A stretch of 64,000 nucleotides of DNA. Origin: Actinomycetota bacterium (lineage in GTDB: Bacteria > Actinomycetota > Actinomycetes > S36-B12). The stretch is from assembly GCA_016870195.1 (NCBI GenBank), contig VGCC01000008.1:1449-65448 (forward strand), written 5' to 3'. Under the pieces are notes generated by a model. It was not told where the DNA came from. It saw only the letters and a list, made by a program, of their open reading frames with translations, and ran no database searches. The position numbers and the translations under genes are program-made. Of the stretch, positions 16,598 to 29,592 are shown piece after piece (position 1 is the stretch's first letter; each line of letters starts with the position of its first letter).

Positions 16598-17485
16598 ATG
16601 AACCAGGAGATGGCCACGAAGTTCTCCTCCGCCCCGGGCTTCATCGCCGCGCTCGACCAGAGCGGTGGCAGCACCCCGAAGGCCCTCAAGCTCTACGGCA
16701 TCGACGAGAGCGCCTTCTCTAATGATGAGGAGATGTTCGACCTGGTGCACGCGATGCGTGCCCGCATCATCACGAACTCCGCATTCACGGGAGATCGCGT
16801 CCTGGCTGCGATCCTCTTCGAGGGCACCATGGACCGCGACATCGAAGGAATGGGAACGGCCGAGTACCTCTGGAAGGTCAAGAACATCGTCCCGGTCGTC
16901 AAGGTGGACAAGGGTCTCGAGAACGAGGCCAACGGTGCCCAGGTGATGAAGGCGATGCCGGACCTCGACTCACTCCTCGCACGCGCGGTCTCCAAGGGTG
17001 TGTTTGGAACCAAGATGCGCTCGGTCATCAAGTCCAACAACGACGCGGGTATCAGCGCGGTCGTGGATCAGCAATTCGAGATCGGCCTGCAGATCCTCAA
17101 CGCGGGTCTGGTCCCGATCCTCGAGCCCGAGGTCGACATTCACAGCCCGGAGAAAGCAGCGATCGAGGCGACACTCCTCGACAAGTTGCTCGCGGGCCTG
17201 GATCGCGTTCCTGCGGATAAGCAGGTGGTGTTCAAACTCTCCCTGCCGAGCCACAACGACTTCTACGCACCGCTGATCAAGCACCCGCGCGTCATGCGCG
17301 TGGTCGCACTCTCCGGTGGCTACTCGCGCGATGAGGCTTGCGACATCCTGGCCAACAACCACGGGATGATCGCGAGCTTCTCGCGGGCACTCAGCGAGGG
17401 ACTCACCGCGCAGATGTCCGACGCCGAGTTCACCGCCACGCTGGATGCGGCGATCGCGGAGATCTACGCGGCGTCGATCACCTGA
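16598..17485 (+). CDS. fba: class I fructose-bisphosphate aldolase
   Basis: MNQEMATKFSSAPGFIAALDQSGGSTPKAL N-terminus and (beta/alpha)8-like length, as in class I FBA of Gram-positives. ATG at 16598. Confidence 0.85.
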   Translation: MNQEMATKFSSAPGFIAALDQSGGSTPKALKLYGIDESAFSNDEEMFDLVHAMRARIITNSAFTGDRVLAAILFEGTMDRDIEGMGTAEYLWKVKNIVPVVKVDKGLENEANGAQVMKAMPDLDSLLARAVSKGVFGTKMRSVIKSNNDAGISAVVDQQFEIGLQILNAGLVPILEPEVDIHSPEKAAIEATLLDKLLAGLDRVPADKQVVFKLSLPSHNDFYAPLIKHPRVMRVVALSGGYSRDEACDILANNHGMIASFSRALSEGLTAQMSDAEFTATLDAAIAEIYAASIT

Positions 17486-17486
17486 G

Positions 17487-17887
17487 ATGAGCGTCGGCGA
17501 GAACCTGCTCGGTGGTCCGCCACCGACCCTGCTCCCGGTCGATCCGGCCGCGCAGGCGCTGGAGTCGGGGGCCGATCCCAGCCAGGTGGTGCGCGATTTC
17601 CCCACTAGCTCCCTCGCCTGGGCTGTCCTCGCCGACGACGCATGGGCGCAGGACCGCGTCCTGGAGTCCTACGCCTTCGCGCGTGTGGGCTACCACCGCG
17701 GTCTCGATTCACTGCGGCGCAATGGGTGGAAAGGACACGGTCCGGTGCCGTGGTCGCATGAAGCCAATCGCGGGGTGCTGCGCTGCTTGCGTTCACTCCA
17801 TCGTGCGGCGTCATCGATCGGCGAGACTGATGAAGTGGTGCGGCTCGACGCATTCATGACTGACTGTGATCCGGGAATGCCCCGCGC

Positions 17888-17891
<4 letters not shown>
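17487..17891 (+). CDS. DUF3151 domain-containing protein
   Basis: ATG 1 nt after the fba stop. The LESYAFARVGYHRGLDSLRRNGWKGHGPVPW core is typical of the DUF3151 family that commonly follows fba in actinobacteria. Confidence 0.75.
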
Positions 17892-20870
<2,979 letters not shown>

Positions 20871-20921
20871 ATATTTCCGCAGTTCTACAGTGCATCCACC
20901 ACCGACTTCGCAGGAGTTGTC

Positions 20922-22262
20922 ATGGCTGCTGATCCCGCCGAGGGCAAGCGCGTTTTCGATCTCGATCGTTCCTACGTCTTCCATTCGTGGAGTGTGCAAG
21001 GTGCGCTGAACCCGATGTGCATCGCGCGTGCCGAGGGTGCCTATTTCTGGGACTACGACGGCAACCGATTCCTCGACTTCTCCTCCCAGTTGGTCAACGT
21101 CAACATTGGCCACCAGCACCCGAAGGTCGTCGCCGCGATCCAGGAGCAGGCCGGGCGCTTGTCCACCATCGCCCCGCAACACGCCAATGACATGCGCGGC
21201 GAGGCGGCCAAGCGCATCGTGGAACTCGCCGGTCCGAACATGGGCAAGGTTTTCTTCACCAACGGTGGTGCCGATGCGGTGGAGAACGCGATCCGCATGG
21301 CACGGCTGCATACCCACAAGCACAAGGTGCTCTCCACCTATCGCAGCTATCACGGCAACACGGGCGCGGCGATCACGGCCACGGGTGATCCGCGGCGGTG
21401 GCCGAATGAGTACGCCAGTCAGCACGTGCACTTCTTCGGTCCCTACCTCTACCGCACGGAGTTCTGGGCAACCAATGAAGAAGAGGAGACGCAGCGCGCG
21501 CTGACCCACCTCGAACACGTGATCCAGTTCGAGGGATCCAATACCGTGGCGGCCATCATCATCGAATCGGTGGTGGGAACAGCGGGCATCCTCGTTCCGC
21601 CGCCCGGCTACCTCGAAGGTGTGCGTGCGCTGTGCGACAAGTACGGGATCATCTGGATCGCGGACGAGGTCATGGCCGGATTCGCCCGCACCGGGAAGTG
21701 GTTCGCCTTCCAGAACTGGGCTGCGCAGCCGGATCTGATCGTGTTCGCGAAGGGTTCCAACTCCGGCTATGTGCCCGTGGGTGGCGTGGTGATCAGCAAG
21801 GAGATCGCCGCGACCTTCGACGACCGCGTGTTCCCGGGCGGTCTGACATACTCGGGTCATCCGCTTGCGGCCGCGTCGATCGTCGCCTCCATCGACGCGA
21901 TGAAAGAGGAGAAGATCGTCGCGAACGCAGCCCACATCGGCGCAACCGTCCTCGGTCCCGGGCTGAAGGACCTCGCGGAGCGTCACCCGGTGATCGGAGA
22001 CATCCGCGGCCTCGGCGTCTTCTGGGGCGTGGATCTAGTGACCGACCGCGCTACCCGCGAGCCGCTGGCTCCCTACGGTGGAACGTCACCGGCGATGACC
22101 GAGCTCGTGGTGGAGTGCAAGAAGCGGGGGCTCATGCCGTTCACCAACTTCAACCGTCTGCACGTGGTGCCCCCGTGCATCATCACCGAGTCCGAGGCCA
22201 AGGAGGGTCTTGCGATCCTCGATGAGGTGCTCGCGATCACCGACAAGCACTACACCGGCTAA
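20922..22262 (+). CDS. class III (omega) aminotransferase
   Basis: 446 aa with SYHGNT, DEVMAGFARTGKWFA (PLP-Lys is the K in FAKG) and GGLTYSGHP motifs. Confidence 0.9.
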   Translation: MAADPAEGKRVFDLDRSYVFHSWSVQGALNPMCIARAEGAYFWDYDGNRFLDFSSQLVNVNIGHQHPKVVAAIQEQAGRLSTIAPQHANDMRGEAAKRIVELAGPNMGKVFFTNGGADAVENAIRMARLHTHKHKVLSTYRSYHGNTGAAITATGDPRRWPNEYASQHVHFFGPYLYRTEFWATNEEEETQRALTHLEHVIQFEGSNTVAAIIIESVVGTAGILVPPPGYLEGVRALCDKYGIIWIADEVMAGFARTGKWFAFQNWAAQPDLIVFAKGSNSGYVPVGGVVISKEIAATFDDRVFPGGLTYSGHPLAAASIVASIDAMKEEKIVANAAHIGATVLGPGLKDLAERHPVIGDIRGLGVFWGVDLVTDRATREPLAPYGGTSPAMTELVVECKKRGLMPFTNFNRLHVVPPCIITESEAKEGLAILDEVLAITDKHYTG

Positions 22263-22272
22263 GTTCTGACGG

Positions 22273-23529
22273 GTGCACGTACTCGTCATCGGTTCCGGTG
22301 CTCGTGAGCATGCTCTGACTGTTTCGCTGCTGCGTTCTTCGGGCGTGCAGGTGACATGTGCACCAGGTAATGCCGGAATCGCATCGCTTGCCCCCTGCAT
22401 CGGAGTTGATGTCTCAGATCCCGATGCCGTAGCCGCCCTCGCCGTAGAGGTGAGTGCGGATCTCGTGGTGATCGGTCCCGAGGTGCCGCTGGTTGCCGGT
22501 GCTGCGGATGCGGCGCGTTCCTCGGGCATTCCCTGCTTCGGACCCTCGGCTGCTGCGGCACGACTGGAAGGGTCGAAGGCGTTCGCCAAGCAGGTGATGG
22601 CTGAGGCGGGTGTGCTGACGGCGGAGGCACGGGTGTGCTCGTCTCTGGATGAGGTCTCCGTTGCCTTGGATGCTTTCGGTGCGCCGTACGTCGTGAAAGA
22701 CGATGGGTTGGCCGCGGGCAAGGGCGTGGTGGTGACGTCAGATCGTGACGAGGCCCTGGCGCACGCATCGCGGTGTATTTCGGGGGGATCGTCGGTGGTG
22801 ATCGAGGAGTTCCTCGATGGTCCTGAGGTCTCGTTGTTCGGGATCAGTGATGGCGTGCGCGTGGTGCCGCTGCAGCCTGCCCAGGACTTCAAGCGGGTGG
22901 GGGACGGTGATGCCGGACCCAACACCGGCGGCATGGGCGCGTACTCACCCCTTCCGTGGGCGCCCGCGGATCTGGTCGCGGATGTCACGGCACGCGTGTT
23001 ACAACCGATGATCGATGCGATGGCCGCGCGCGGGACTCCGTTCCAGGGCTTGCTCTACGCCGGTCTGGCGTTGACGTCGCGAGGAATTCGCGTAGTGGAG
23101 TTCAACGCGCGCTTCGGTGATCCGGAGACGCAGGTGGTCTTGGCGCTGCTGCGCACACCCCTGGTGGATGTGCTGCGTGCGGCTGCTCTGGGGGACCTCT
23201 CTTCCGTGAGGGACCTGGAGTGGGAACCGGGGTACGCGGTGACCGTGGTGGTCGCGGCGTCGGGGTATCCGGAGTCCCCGCGCACCGGTGACGTGATCGG
23301 TGGTCTGGCTGACGCGGCGGCGGTGTCGGGAGTGGACGTGTTCCACGCGGGGACGCGTCTGCAGGCCGACGAGGTGGTGTCCGCGGGTGGCCGGGTGTTG
23401 TCGGTGACGGCACGGGGTGCGTCCCTGGCCGAGGCGCGGACCCGCGCGTACTCCGCGGTGGGCCTGATCACCCTTGAGGGCTCCCACCATCGGTGGGACA
23501 TCGCCCTGCACGCCAGCATGGGAGACTAA
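22273..23529 (+). CDS. purD: phosphoribosylamine-glycine ligase
   Basis: GTG start. VLVIGSGAREHAL N-terminus, ATP-grasp core, and GPNTGGMGAYSP signature. Confidence 0.95.
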   Translation: MHVLVIGSGAREHALTVSLLRSSGVQVTCAPGNAGIASLAPCIGVDVSDPDAVAALAVEVSADLVVIGPEVPLVAGAADAARSSGIPCFGPSAAAARLEGSKAFAKQVMAEAGVLTAEARVCSSLDEVSVALDAFGAPYVVKDDGLAAGKGVVVTSDRDEALAHASRCISGGSSVVIEEFLDGPEVSLFGISDGVRVVPLQPAQDFKRVGDGDAGPNTGGMGAYSPLPWAPADLVADVTARVLQPMIDAMAARGTPFQGLLYAGLALTSRGIRVVEFNARFGDPETQVVLALLRTPLVDVLRAAALGDLSSVRDLEWEPGYAVTVVVAASGYPESPRTGDVIGGLADAAAVSGVDVFHAGTRLQADEVVSAGGRVLSVTARGASLAEARTRAYSAVGLITLEGSHHRWDIALHASMGD

Positions 23530-23533
23530 GGCA

Positions 23534-24958
23534 GTGACCGGGCCACGCATCCCCAATGTGCTGGCCGATCGGTACGCATCCGCCGCTATGCGGGCCCTGT
23601 GGTCCCCCGAGGCGAAGATCCGCGCAGAGCGTGAACTGTGGCTCTCCGTGCTCCGCGCCCAGGCCGACCTTGGTGTGGACGTGAGTGCCGAGGTCATCGC
23701 CGACTACCAGCGCGTGATCGACGTGGTCGATCTGGACTCCATCGATGCGCGCGAGCGGATCACGAAACACGACGTGAAGGCCCGCATCGAGGAGTTCAAC
23801 GCTCTGGCCGGACATGAAGTGGCCCACCTGGGCATGACCTCGCGCGATCTCACCGAGAACGTCGAGCAGATGCTGGTGCTGCGCTCTCTGCTGGTGGTTC
23901 GAGACAAGATGGTTGCGGCCCTGGATCGATTGGCCGGGCTTGCGGTGGCGTACTCCGAGCAGCCGATGGCCGGGCGTTCCCACAATGTTCCCGCACAGAT
24001 GACGACGTTGGGCAAGCGATTCGCCACCGTTGCGGAGGAGATGCTCATCGCCTTCGCGCGTGTGGAGGACCTCATCGCGCGGTATCCGCTGCGTGGCATC
24101 AAGGGTCCGATGGGAACCGCGCAGGACATGCTCGACCTCGTCGGTGATGACACCAAGTTGGCCGACCTGGAATCGCGCGTCGCCGAGCACCTCGGTTTTT
24201 CTGTGGTTCTCGACAGCGTCGGTCAGGTGTATCCGAGGTCGCTGGACTTCGACGTAGTCAGTGCGCTCGTGCAAGTTGCGTCCGGCCCCTCGGACTTCGC
24301 CACGTCCCTGCGCTTGATGGCCGGCTCGGAACTTGTCACGGAAGGGTTCCGTCCCGGGCAGGTGGGATCCTCGGCGATGCCGCACAAGATGAATGCGCGC
24401 AGTTGCGAGCGGATCAACGGATTCCAGGTGATCCTGCGCGGATACGCGGTGATGGCCTCCGACCTCGCGGGCGCGCAATGGAATGAAGGTGACGTGTCCT
24501 GCTCGGTGGTGCGCCGCGTCGCACTCCCCGATTCCTTCTTCGCCATCGACGGCCTCCTCGAAACGTTCCTCACCGTGCTCGATGATTTCGGTGCGTTCCC
24601 TGCCGTCATCGATCGTGAGATCGAGCGGTACCTGCCGTTCCTGGCAAGCACCGCGATCCTGATGGCGGCGGTGAAGGCCGGTGCTGGTCGTGAGACCGCC
24701 CACGAGGCGATCAAGGAGCACGCGGTGGCGGTGGCTTTGGAGATGCGCGAGGGACGCGTCGACAACGATCTGCTGGACCGCATTGCTGCGGACGCGCGGA
24801 TCCCTTTGGATCGCGTGGCCTTGGAGGCGTTGATCGCCGACCCGCTGGACTTCACCGGTGACGCGCGCGGCCAGGTGACCCGCGTCGCCACCCGCGTGGA
24901 GGAAGTGGTGAACCGGTATCCCGAGGCGAGTGGCTACCGCCCCGGTGACATCCGATGA
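23534..24958 (+). CDS. purB: adenylosuccinate lyase
   Basis: GTG at 23534 (VTGPRIPNVLADRYAS). The fumarate-lyase signature GSSAMPHKMN is present. Confidence 0.95.
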   Translation: MTGPRIPNVLADRYASAAMRALWSPEAKIRAERELWLSVLRAQADLGVDVSAEVIADYQRVIDVVDLDSIDARERITKHDVKARIEEFNALAGHEVAHLGMTSRDLTENVEQMLVLRSLLVVRDKMVAALDRLAGLAVAYSEQPMAGRSHNVPAQMTTLGKRFATVAEEMLIAFARVEDLIARYPLRGIKGPMGTAQDMLDLVGDDTKLADLESRVAEHLGFSVVLDSVGQVYPRSLDFDVVSALVQVASGPSDFATSLRLMAGSELVTEGFRPGQVGSSAMPHKMNARSCERINGFQVILRGYAVMASDLAGAQWNEGDVSCSVVRRVALPDSFFAIDGLLETFLTVLDDFGAFPAVIDREIERYLPFLASTAILMAAVKAGAGRETAHEAIKEHAVAVALEMREGRVDNDLLDRIAADARIPLDRVALEALIADPLDFTGDARGQVTRVATRVEEVVNRYPEASGYRPGDIR

Positions 24959-25848
24959 TCACCCGCACCGAGTACGGACTGCCCGCGGAGTATGTGCACG
25001 TCTATTCCGGGAAGGTGCGCGACCTCTACGAGGCTCCGGGTGGTCGACTCCTCTTCGTCGCCAGCGATCGCATCTCCGCGTACGACTGGGTGCTCCCCAC
25101 CGAGATCCCGGACAAGGGGCGCATCCTCACCCAGTTGTCCCTGTGGTGGTTCGAACGCATCGCCGACATCGTCCCGAGCCACCTGACCACCGCATCCGTG
25201 CCACCGGAAGTCGCCGGACGCGCAATGGTCTGTGAGCGGATGGCGATGTTCCCGATCGAGTGCGTGGTGCGCGGGTACCTCGCTGGGTCGGGGCTGTCGG
25301 ACTACCGCGCGCAGCAATCGATCTGCGGTAACGGACTCCCCCCCGGATTGAAGGATGGGTCTCGCCTGCCCAAGCCGATCTTCACCCCGGCTACCAAGGC
25401 TGCCCTCGGCGACCACGACGTCAACATCACCTTCGATGAGGCTGTCGTTGCCATCGGGCAGGAGGAGGCGCAGCAACTGCGCCGAGTGACCCTGGCGATC
25501 TACGAGCGCGCCGCACAGATCGCCGATGATCGCGGGCTGATCCTCGCCGACACGAAGTTCGAGTTCGGCGTTCCGAGTTCGGGTAAGTACGCGGGTCGCA
25601 TCGTCCTCGGCGATGAGGTCCTGACTCCCGATTCCTCGCGGTACTGGCCCGCGGACCAGTGGGAGCCGGGTCACGCACAACCCTCCTTCGACAAGCAGTT
25701 CGTGCGCGATTGGCTCACCTCGCCCGCCTCCGGGTGGTCGAAGGACTCCGGTGATCCACCGCCCGCACTGCCCGACGATGTGGTGGAGCGCACCCGCGCG
25801 AAATATGTCGAGGCGTACGAGCGCCTCACCGGGGAGCGGTTCATATGA
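24955..25848 (+). CDS. purC: phosphoribosylaminoimidazole-succinocarboxamide (SAICAR) synthase
   Basis: 297 aa with YSGKVRDLY, ASDRISAYD and LADTKFEFG signatures. The start overlaps the purB stop. Confidence 0.95.
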   Translation: MITRTEYGLPAEYVHVYSGKVRDLYEAPGGRLLFVASDRISAYDWVLPTEIPDKGRILTQLSLWWFERIADIVPSHLTTASVPPEVAGRAMVCERMAMFPIECVVRGYLAGSGLSDYRAQQSICGNGLPPGLKDGSRLPKPIFTPATKAALGDHDVNITFDEAVVAIGQEEAQQLRRVTLAIYERAAQIADDRGLILADTKFEFGVPSSGKYAGRIVLGDEVLTPDSSRYWPADQWEPGHAQPSFDKQFVRDWLTSPASGWSKDSGDPPPALPDDVVERTRAKYVEAYERLTGERFI

Positions 25849-26801
25849 GCTGGTTGGTGACCGGCGGGGCCGGATACATCGGGGCGCACGTGGTGCGCGC
25901 GCTGCTCGATGCGGGTATGACCCCCGTTGTGATCGACGACCTCTCCCACGGTCTGCCCAACCGCGTGCCCGCGGGAGTGCCGCTGGTCGAGGCGCGGATC
26001 CAGGATCGCGCGGTGGTCGCTGCCGCCCTGCGCGAGCACGGTGTCACCGGCGTCATCCACCTCGCCGCCCTGAAGGCAGCGGGGGAATCCGTGGAGAAGC
26101 CGCTGGAGTACTACACCGAGAACGTCGGGGGCATGATCGATCTACTCGCGGTCATGCAGGAAGTGGGGGTCGCGAATCTCGTCTATTCCTCGTCGGCAGC
26201 GGTCTATGGCGCACCTGCAGCGAATCCGGTTGTCGAAGATGCTCCGCTCATTCCGGAGAATCCCTACGGCGAGACCAAGGTGATCGGCGAGTGGATGGCC
26301 CGCGATGCCGGTGTTGCGTGGGGCTTGTCCTGGGTCGCGTTGCGCTACTTCAATGTGGCCGGCGCCGGTTCGGACGACCTGGGCGACAACAGCGTCAACA
26401 ACCTGATCCCCATGGTGTTCGCGGCCCTCGACGAAGGTCGTGCACCCCAGATCTTCGGTGACGACTACCCGACCCCGGATGGCACGTGCATCCGCGACTA
26501 CATCCACGTGGTGGATCTCGCTGCTGCGCACGTTGCCGCAGCGAAGCTTTGTGAGGCGGGTGCGGCAGACGTGTTCAACGTGGGGCGTGGCACCGGTTCG
26601 ACCGTCCGCGAAGTGATGAATGTGGTCTCCCAAGTGGTTGGTCGTGATGTGGGTGCCCAGGTAGTGGATCGTCGTGCTGGTGATCCCCCGGCCACGTTCG
26701 CGCAAACCGATCGGATCCGCGATCGACTGGGGTGGACAGCGGAGTTGGACCTTCGTGACATGGTCGCCTCCGCGTGGAGCGCCCACACCACCGAACGATG
26801 A
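25845..26801 (+). CDS. galE: UDP-glucose 4-epimerase
   Basis: WLVTGGAGYIGAH Rossmann motif, SSSAAVYG and YGETK (YxxxK). 318 aa. Confidence 0.9.
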   Translation: MSWLVTGGAGYIGAHVVRALLDAGMTPVVIDDLSHGLPNRVPAGVPLVEARIQDRAVVAAALREHGVTGVIHLAALKAAGESVEKPLEYYTENVGGMIDLLAVMQEVGVANLVYSSSAAVYGAPAANPVVEDAPLIPENPYGETKVIGEWMARDAGVAWGLSWVALRYFNVAGAGSDDLGDNSVNNLIPMVFAALDEGRAPQIFGDDYPTPDGTCIRDYIHVVDLAAAHVAAAKLCEAGAADVFNVGRGTGSTVREVMNVVSQVVGRDVGAQVVDRRAGDPPATFAQTDRIRDRLGWTAELDLRDMVASAWSAHTTER

Positions 26802-27490
26802 TCGTCCGTCTCGACGTCTGGGGCATCCGAAAGTCCGGTGTTCCCGGTGCGTTTCTCCGCATGGCGACCCAACGCCGGGTGATCCGGAGGATCCCTGGTG
26901 TTCAGTTCGCGAAGTTGATGGGAACCGGCTCCGGTGAGACCTTCACCATGCGGGATTCCGATCTGACGCACTGGGCGATCCTCACCGTGTGGTCGGATGA
27001 CTCCGGCGCTGAAGGATTCGACGATCACCCACGCGCATGTGCGTGGCAGGACTCCTGCACCGAGCACGCGTGCATCACCATGCGTCCCCTGGTGAGTCGT
27101 GGTTCGTGGTCCGGGCATGAGCCCTTCGCCGTCCCCGACACCAAGGCCGGCCCGGGTCCGATCGCGGCGATCACCCGCGCCCGCATCAAGCCTCACCTCT
27201 GGTGGCGCTTCTGGTCCTCGGTGCCACCGGTCGCACTGGATCTGCGCAGTGACCCCGGCGTGCTGTTCACCCTCGGGATCGGCGAAGCACCCGTGGGACT
27301 GCAAGGCACGTTCAGCATCTGGCGCGATGCGGCTGCCCTGTCGGAGTTCGCCTACCGGCGACCCGCGCATGCGGAGGTGGTCACACGGACCCATGAGGTG
27401 CAGTGGTACGCGGAGGAGATGTTCACCCGGTTCCAAGTGCTGAGTGTCCAAGGACGTTACGACGGGCGGGACGTACTTCCCGCGAATTGA
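26798..27490 (+). CDS. spheroidene-monooxygenase (CrtA)-like family protein
   Basis: The ATG overlaps the galE stop (ATGA). MIVRLDVWG...FAKLMGTGSGETFT...WAILTVW matches, from memory, the N-terminal pattern of actinobacterial proteins annotated CrtA-like. Function uncertain. Confidence 0.6.
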   Translation: MIVRLDVWGIRKSGVPGAFLRMATQRRVIRRIPGVQFAKLMGTGSGETFTMRDSDLTHWAILTVWSDDSGAEGFDDHPRACAWQDSCTEHACITMRPLVSRGSWSGHEPFAVPDTKAGPGPIAAITRARIKPHLWWRFWSSVPPVALDLRSDPGVLFTLGIGEAPVGLQGTFSIWRDAAALSEFAYRRPAHAEVVTRTHEVQWYAEEMFTRFQVLSVQGRYDGRDVLPAN

Positions 27491-27936
27491 GCGACGAAGA
27501 TCGGGATCTCGCGCTGGATGTTGCGCTCGTACATCCGGTAGGCGGACCACGTGTCGGCGAGTTTCGCGTAGATATCCCGCGCATGATTCCCGTGCACTTC
27601 GACGAATGTGCACGCCTGCTCCGCACCGTCGATCTCGATGCGTCCCTCGACGTGCGCGCGCACGTTGAATACCCAGCCTGGCACCTTCTCCTGGCCCGCA
27701 TTGGATCCGGCGATACCCCAACCCGGAGCGCCGTCCAGGTGTGTCGGAACACCGAGGAGCGGTGTCCTCCGCCACTCACCCGACTTGCGCCCGAGGGTGG
27801 TGATCCACACCACCTGCGCCCCGCCCGGGAACTTCCGCATGAGTCGACCCCCGGAGACCCGATCGAGGAATCGGTGCGCCACCGTGGTGGCGCGCAGTGC
27901 ACTACCCCACACGAGGTCGTAGGCCCGGGATCCCAT
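27457..27936 (-). CDS. nitroreductase-family deazaflavin (F420)-dependent oxidoreductase (Ddn-like)
   Basis: ITTLGRKSGEWRRTPL and AGSNAGQEKVPGWVFNVRA are typical of the F420H2-dependent split beta-barrel family. The ATG at 27936 gives about 159 aa. The 3' end overlaps the convergent CrtA-like gene by 34 nt. Confidence 0.75.
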   Translation of the reverse strand: MGSRAYDLVWGSALRATTVAHRFLDRVSGGRLMRKFPGGAQVVWITTLGRKSGEWRRTPLLGVPTHLDGAPGWGIAGSNAGQEKVPGWVFNVRAHVEGRIEIDGAEQACTFVEVHGNHARDIYAKLADTWSAYRMYERNIQREIPIFVAQFAGSTSRPS

Positions 27937-28000
27937 GGGCCGAGGGTAGGGGAAGTGCCGAGGGCTGACGTATGGCAGCATGTATGGCATGACACCTGGG

Positions 28001-28219
28001 ATGAAGCGCACCACCATCTACCTGCCCGATGAGTTGAAAGCCCGCCTCGAGGCGGCCGCGAAGCGGCGTGGCGTGACAGAAGCGGAGATCGTTCGCGCGG
28101 CTGTGGACAAGGAGTTGACGCGCGGACTTACAGGTGCGGGAATCATCACTGACCCGTTGCCCGACGGAGTCAGTGGACGCACTCTCCATGAACACATGGA
28201 GGGATTCGGAGAGATGTGA
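28001..28219 (+). CDS. vapB: ribbon-helix-helix (CopG) antitoxin, VapB-type
   Basis: MKRTTIYLPDELKARLEAAAKRRGVTEAEIVRAAV is a textbook RHH N-terminus. The stop overlaps the PIN gene start. 27980 is an alternative start. Confidence 0.75.
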   Translation: MKRTTIYLPDELKARLEAAAKRRGVTEAEIVRAAVDKELTRGLTGAGIITDPLPDGVSGRTLHEHMEGFGEM

Positions 28220-28632
28220 TCGTCGTCGACACGGGAGTCCTCTACGCCTTCTTCATCGCGACGGACCCGGCCCACGCGGAAGCACGTGGATTGCTGGAGA
28301 GTGAGACGGAGGGGATCGTCGTCAGCCCCTACGTGGTCTCAGAGCTTGACTACTTCATTACCAAGAAGTTCGGACCCCCGGCTGAGGTACGTGTCTTAGA
28401 TTCCCTCACCTCGGGAGTTTTCGAACTGCCCATCATGGGTCCGGTTGATGTGATCGCCTGCACGCGGATCCTCGAGTCCTACCCCGATCATCGAATAGGA
28501 ATCACGGACGCCTCCCTCGTGGTGCTCGCCGATCGCTATGAAACCAGTCGGATCGGCACGTACGACCGGCGCCACTTTTCCTTCCTGCGCCCGCTGCGCG
28601 GTGGATGGTTCGACGTGCTGCCATCTCGATAA
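28216..28632 (+). CDS. vapC: PIN-domain toxin VapC
   Basis: 138 aa. MIVVDTGVLYAF (first acidic residue) and later conserved acidic positions (E..D..TDAS). Translationally coupled to the RHH gene. Confidence 0.85.
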   Translation: MIVVDTGVLYAFFIATDPAHAEARGLLESETEGIVVSPYVVSELDYFITKKFGPPAEVRVLDSLTSGVFELPIMGPVDVIACTRILESYPDHRIGITDASLVVLADRYETSRIGTYDRRHFSFLRPLRGGWFDVLPSR

Positions 28633-28672
28633 GGTTGGCCTCTTCCCCCTTCTACGCAGGGATGGAGTGTCC

Positions 28673-28921
28673 GTGGCTCGCGTGATCGTCGACGTCATGC
28701 TCAAGCCCGAGATCCTGGACCCGCAGGGACGTGCGGTGCAGGGTGCGCTGGGTCGGCTCGGACTCGAGGGAGTGACGAGCGTCCGTCAGGGCAAGCACTT
28801 CGTCATCGAACTCGACGGCGACCTGGATTCCGATCGTGCTGCGGCCCTCGATCGTCTGGCGGGTGAACTGCTGAGCAACCCGGTTATCGAGGACTTCACG
28901 CTGACCGTGGTGGACGCGTGA
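28673..28921 (+). CDS. purS: phosphoribosylformylglycinamidine synthase subunit PurS
   Basis: GTG at 28673 with GGATGGAG upstream. [26 protein letters not shown] is the PurS signature. About 82 aa. Confidence 0.9.
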   Translation: MARVIVDVMLKPEILDPQGRAVQGALGRLGLEGVTSVRQGKHFVIELDGDLDSDRAAALDRLAGELLSNPVIEDFTLTVVDA

Positions 28922-29592
28922 AAATCGGGGTCGTCACCTTCCCTGGCTCGCTTGATGATCGTGACGCCGCGCGCGCAGTCCGGATCGCCGGTGGTGAGGC
29001 CGTGGCGCTGTGGCACGGTGATGATGACCTGCACGGCGTTGACGCCGTGGTGCTGCCGGGTGGTTTCTCCTACGGTGACTATCTGCGGTGCGGGGCGATC
29101 GCCCGGTTCGCACCGATCATGCAGCAGGTTGTGGATGGTGCACGCGGGGGAATGCCGGTGCTCGGGATCTGCAACGGCTTTCAGATTCTCTGCGAATCAC
29201 ATCTACTTCCTGGCGCATTGACCCGCAACGACCACCTGCACTTCATCTGTCGCGATCAGCGGCTGCGCATCGAGAACACCACCAGTGCGTGGACCACGTC
29301 GTTCGCTGCCGGCCAGGAGATTGTGATCCCGCTGAAGAACGGTGAGGGTGGATTCGTCGCTGATGACGCAACCCTGGATGCACTGGAAGGCGAGGGGCGC
29401 GTCATCGCCCGCTACCTGGAGATCAACCCCAATGGCAGTCGCCGAGACATCGCCGGTATCTGCAACGAGCGGGGAAATGTGGTGGGCCTCATGCCGCATC
29501 CGGAGCACGCTGTGGAGTCACTCACCGGACCCACCACCGACGGCCTCGGCTTCTTCACCAGCGTGCTGTCTATGGTCGGGAGCAGCCGGTGA
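28918..29592 (+). CDS. purQ: phosphoribosylformylglycinamidine synthase glutaminase subunit PurQ
   Basis: Class I glutamine amidotransferase with GICNGFQ (catalytic Cys) and MPHPE. Coupled to purS and purL. Confidence 0.95.
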   Translation: MKIGVVTFPGSLDDRDAARAVRIAGGEAVALWHGDDDLHGVDAVVLPGGFSYGDYLRCGAIARFAPIMQQVVDGARGGMPVLGICNGFQILCESHLLPGALTRNDHLHFICRDQRLRIENTTSAWTTSFAAGQEIVIPLKNGEGGFVADDATLDALEGEGRVIARYLEINPNGSRRDIAGICNERGNVVGLMPHPEHAVESLTGPTTDGLGFFTSVLSMVGSSR

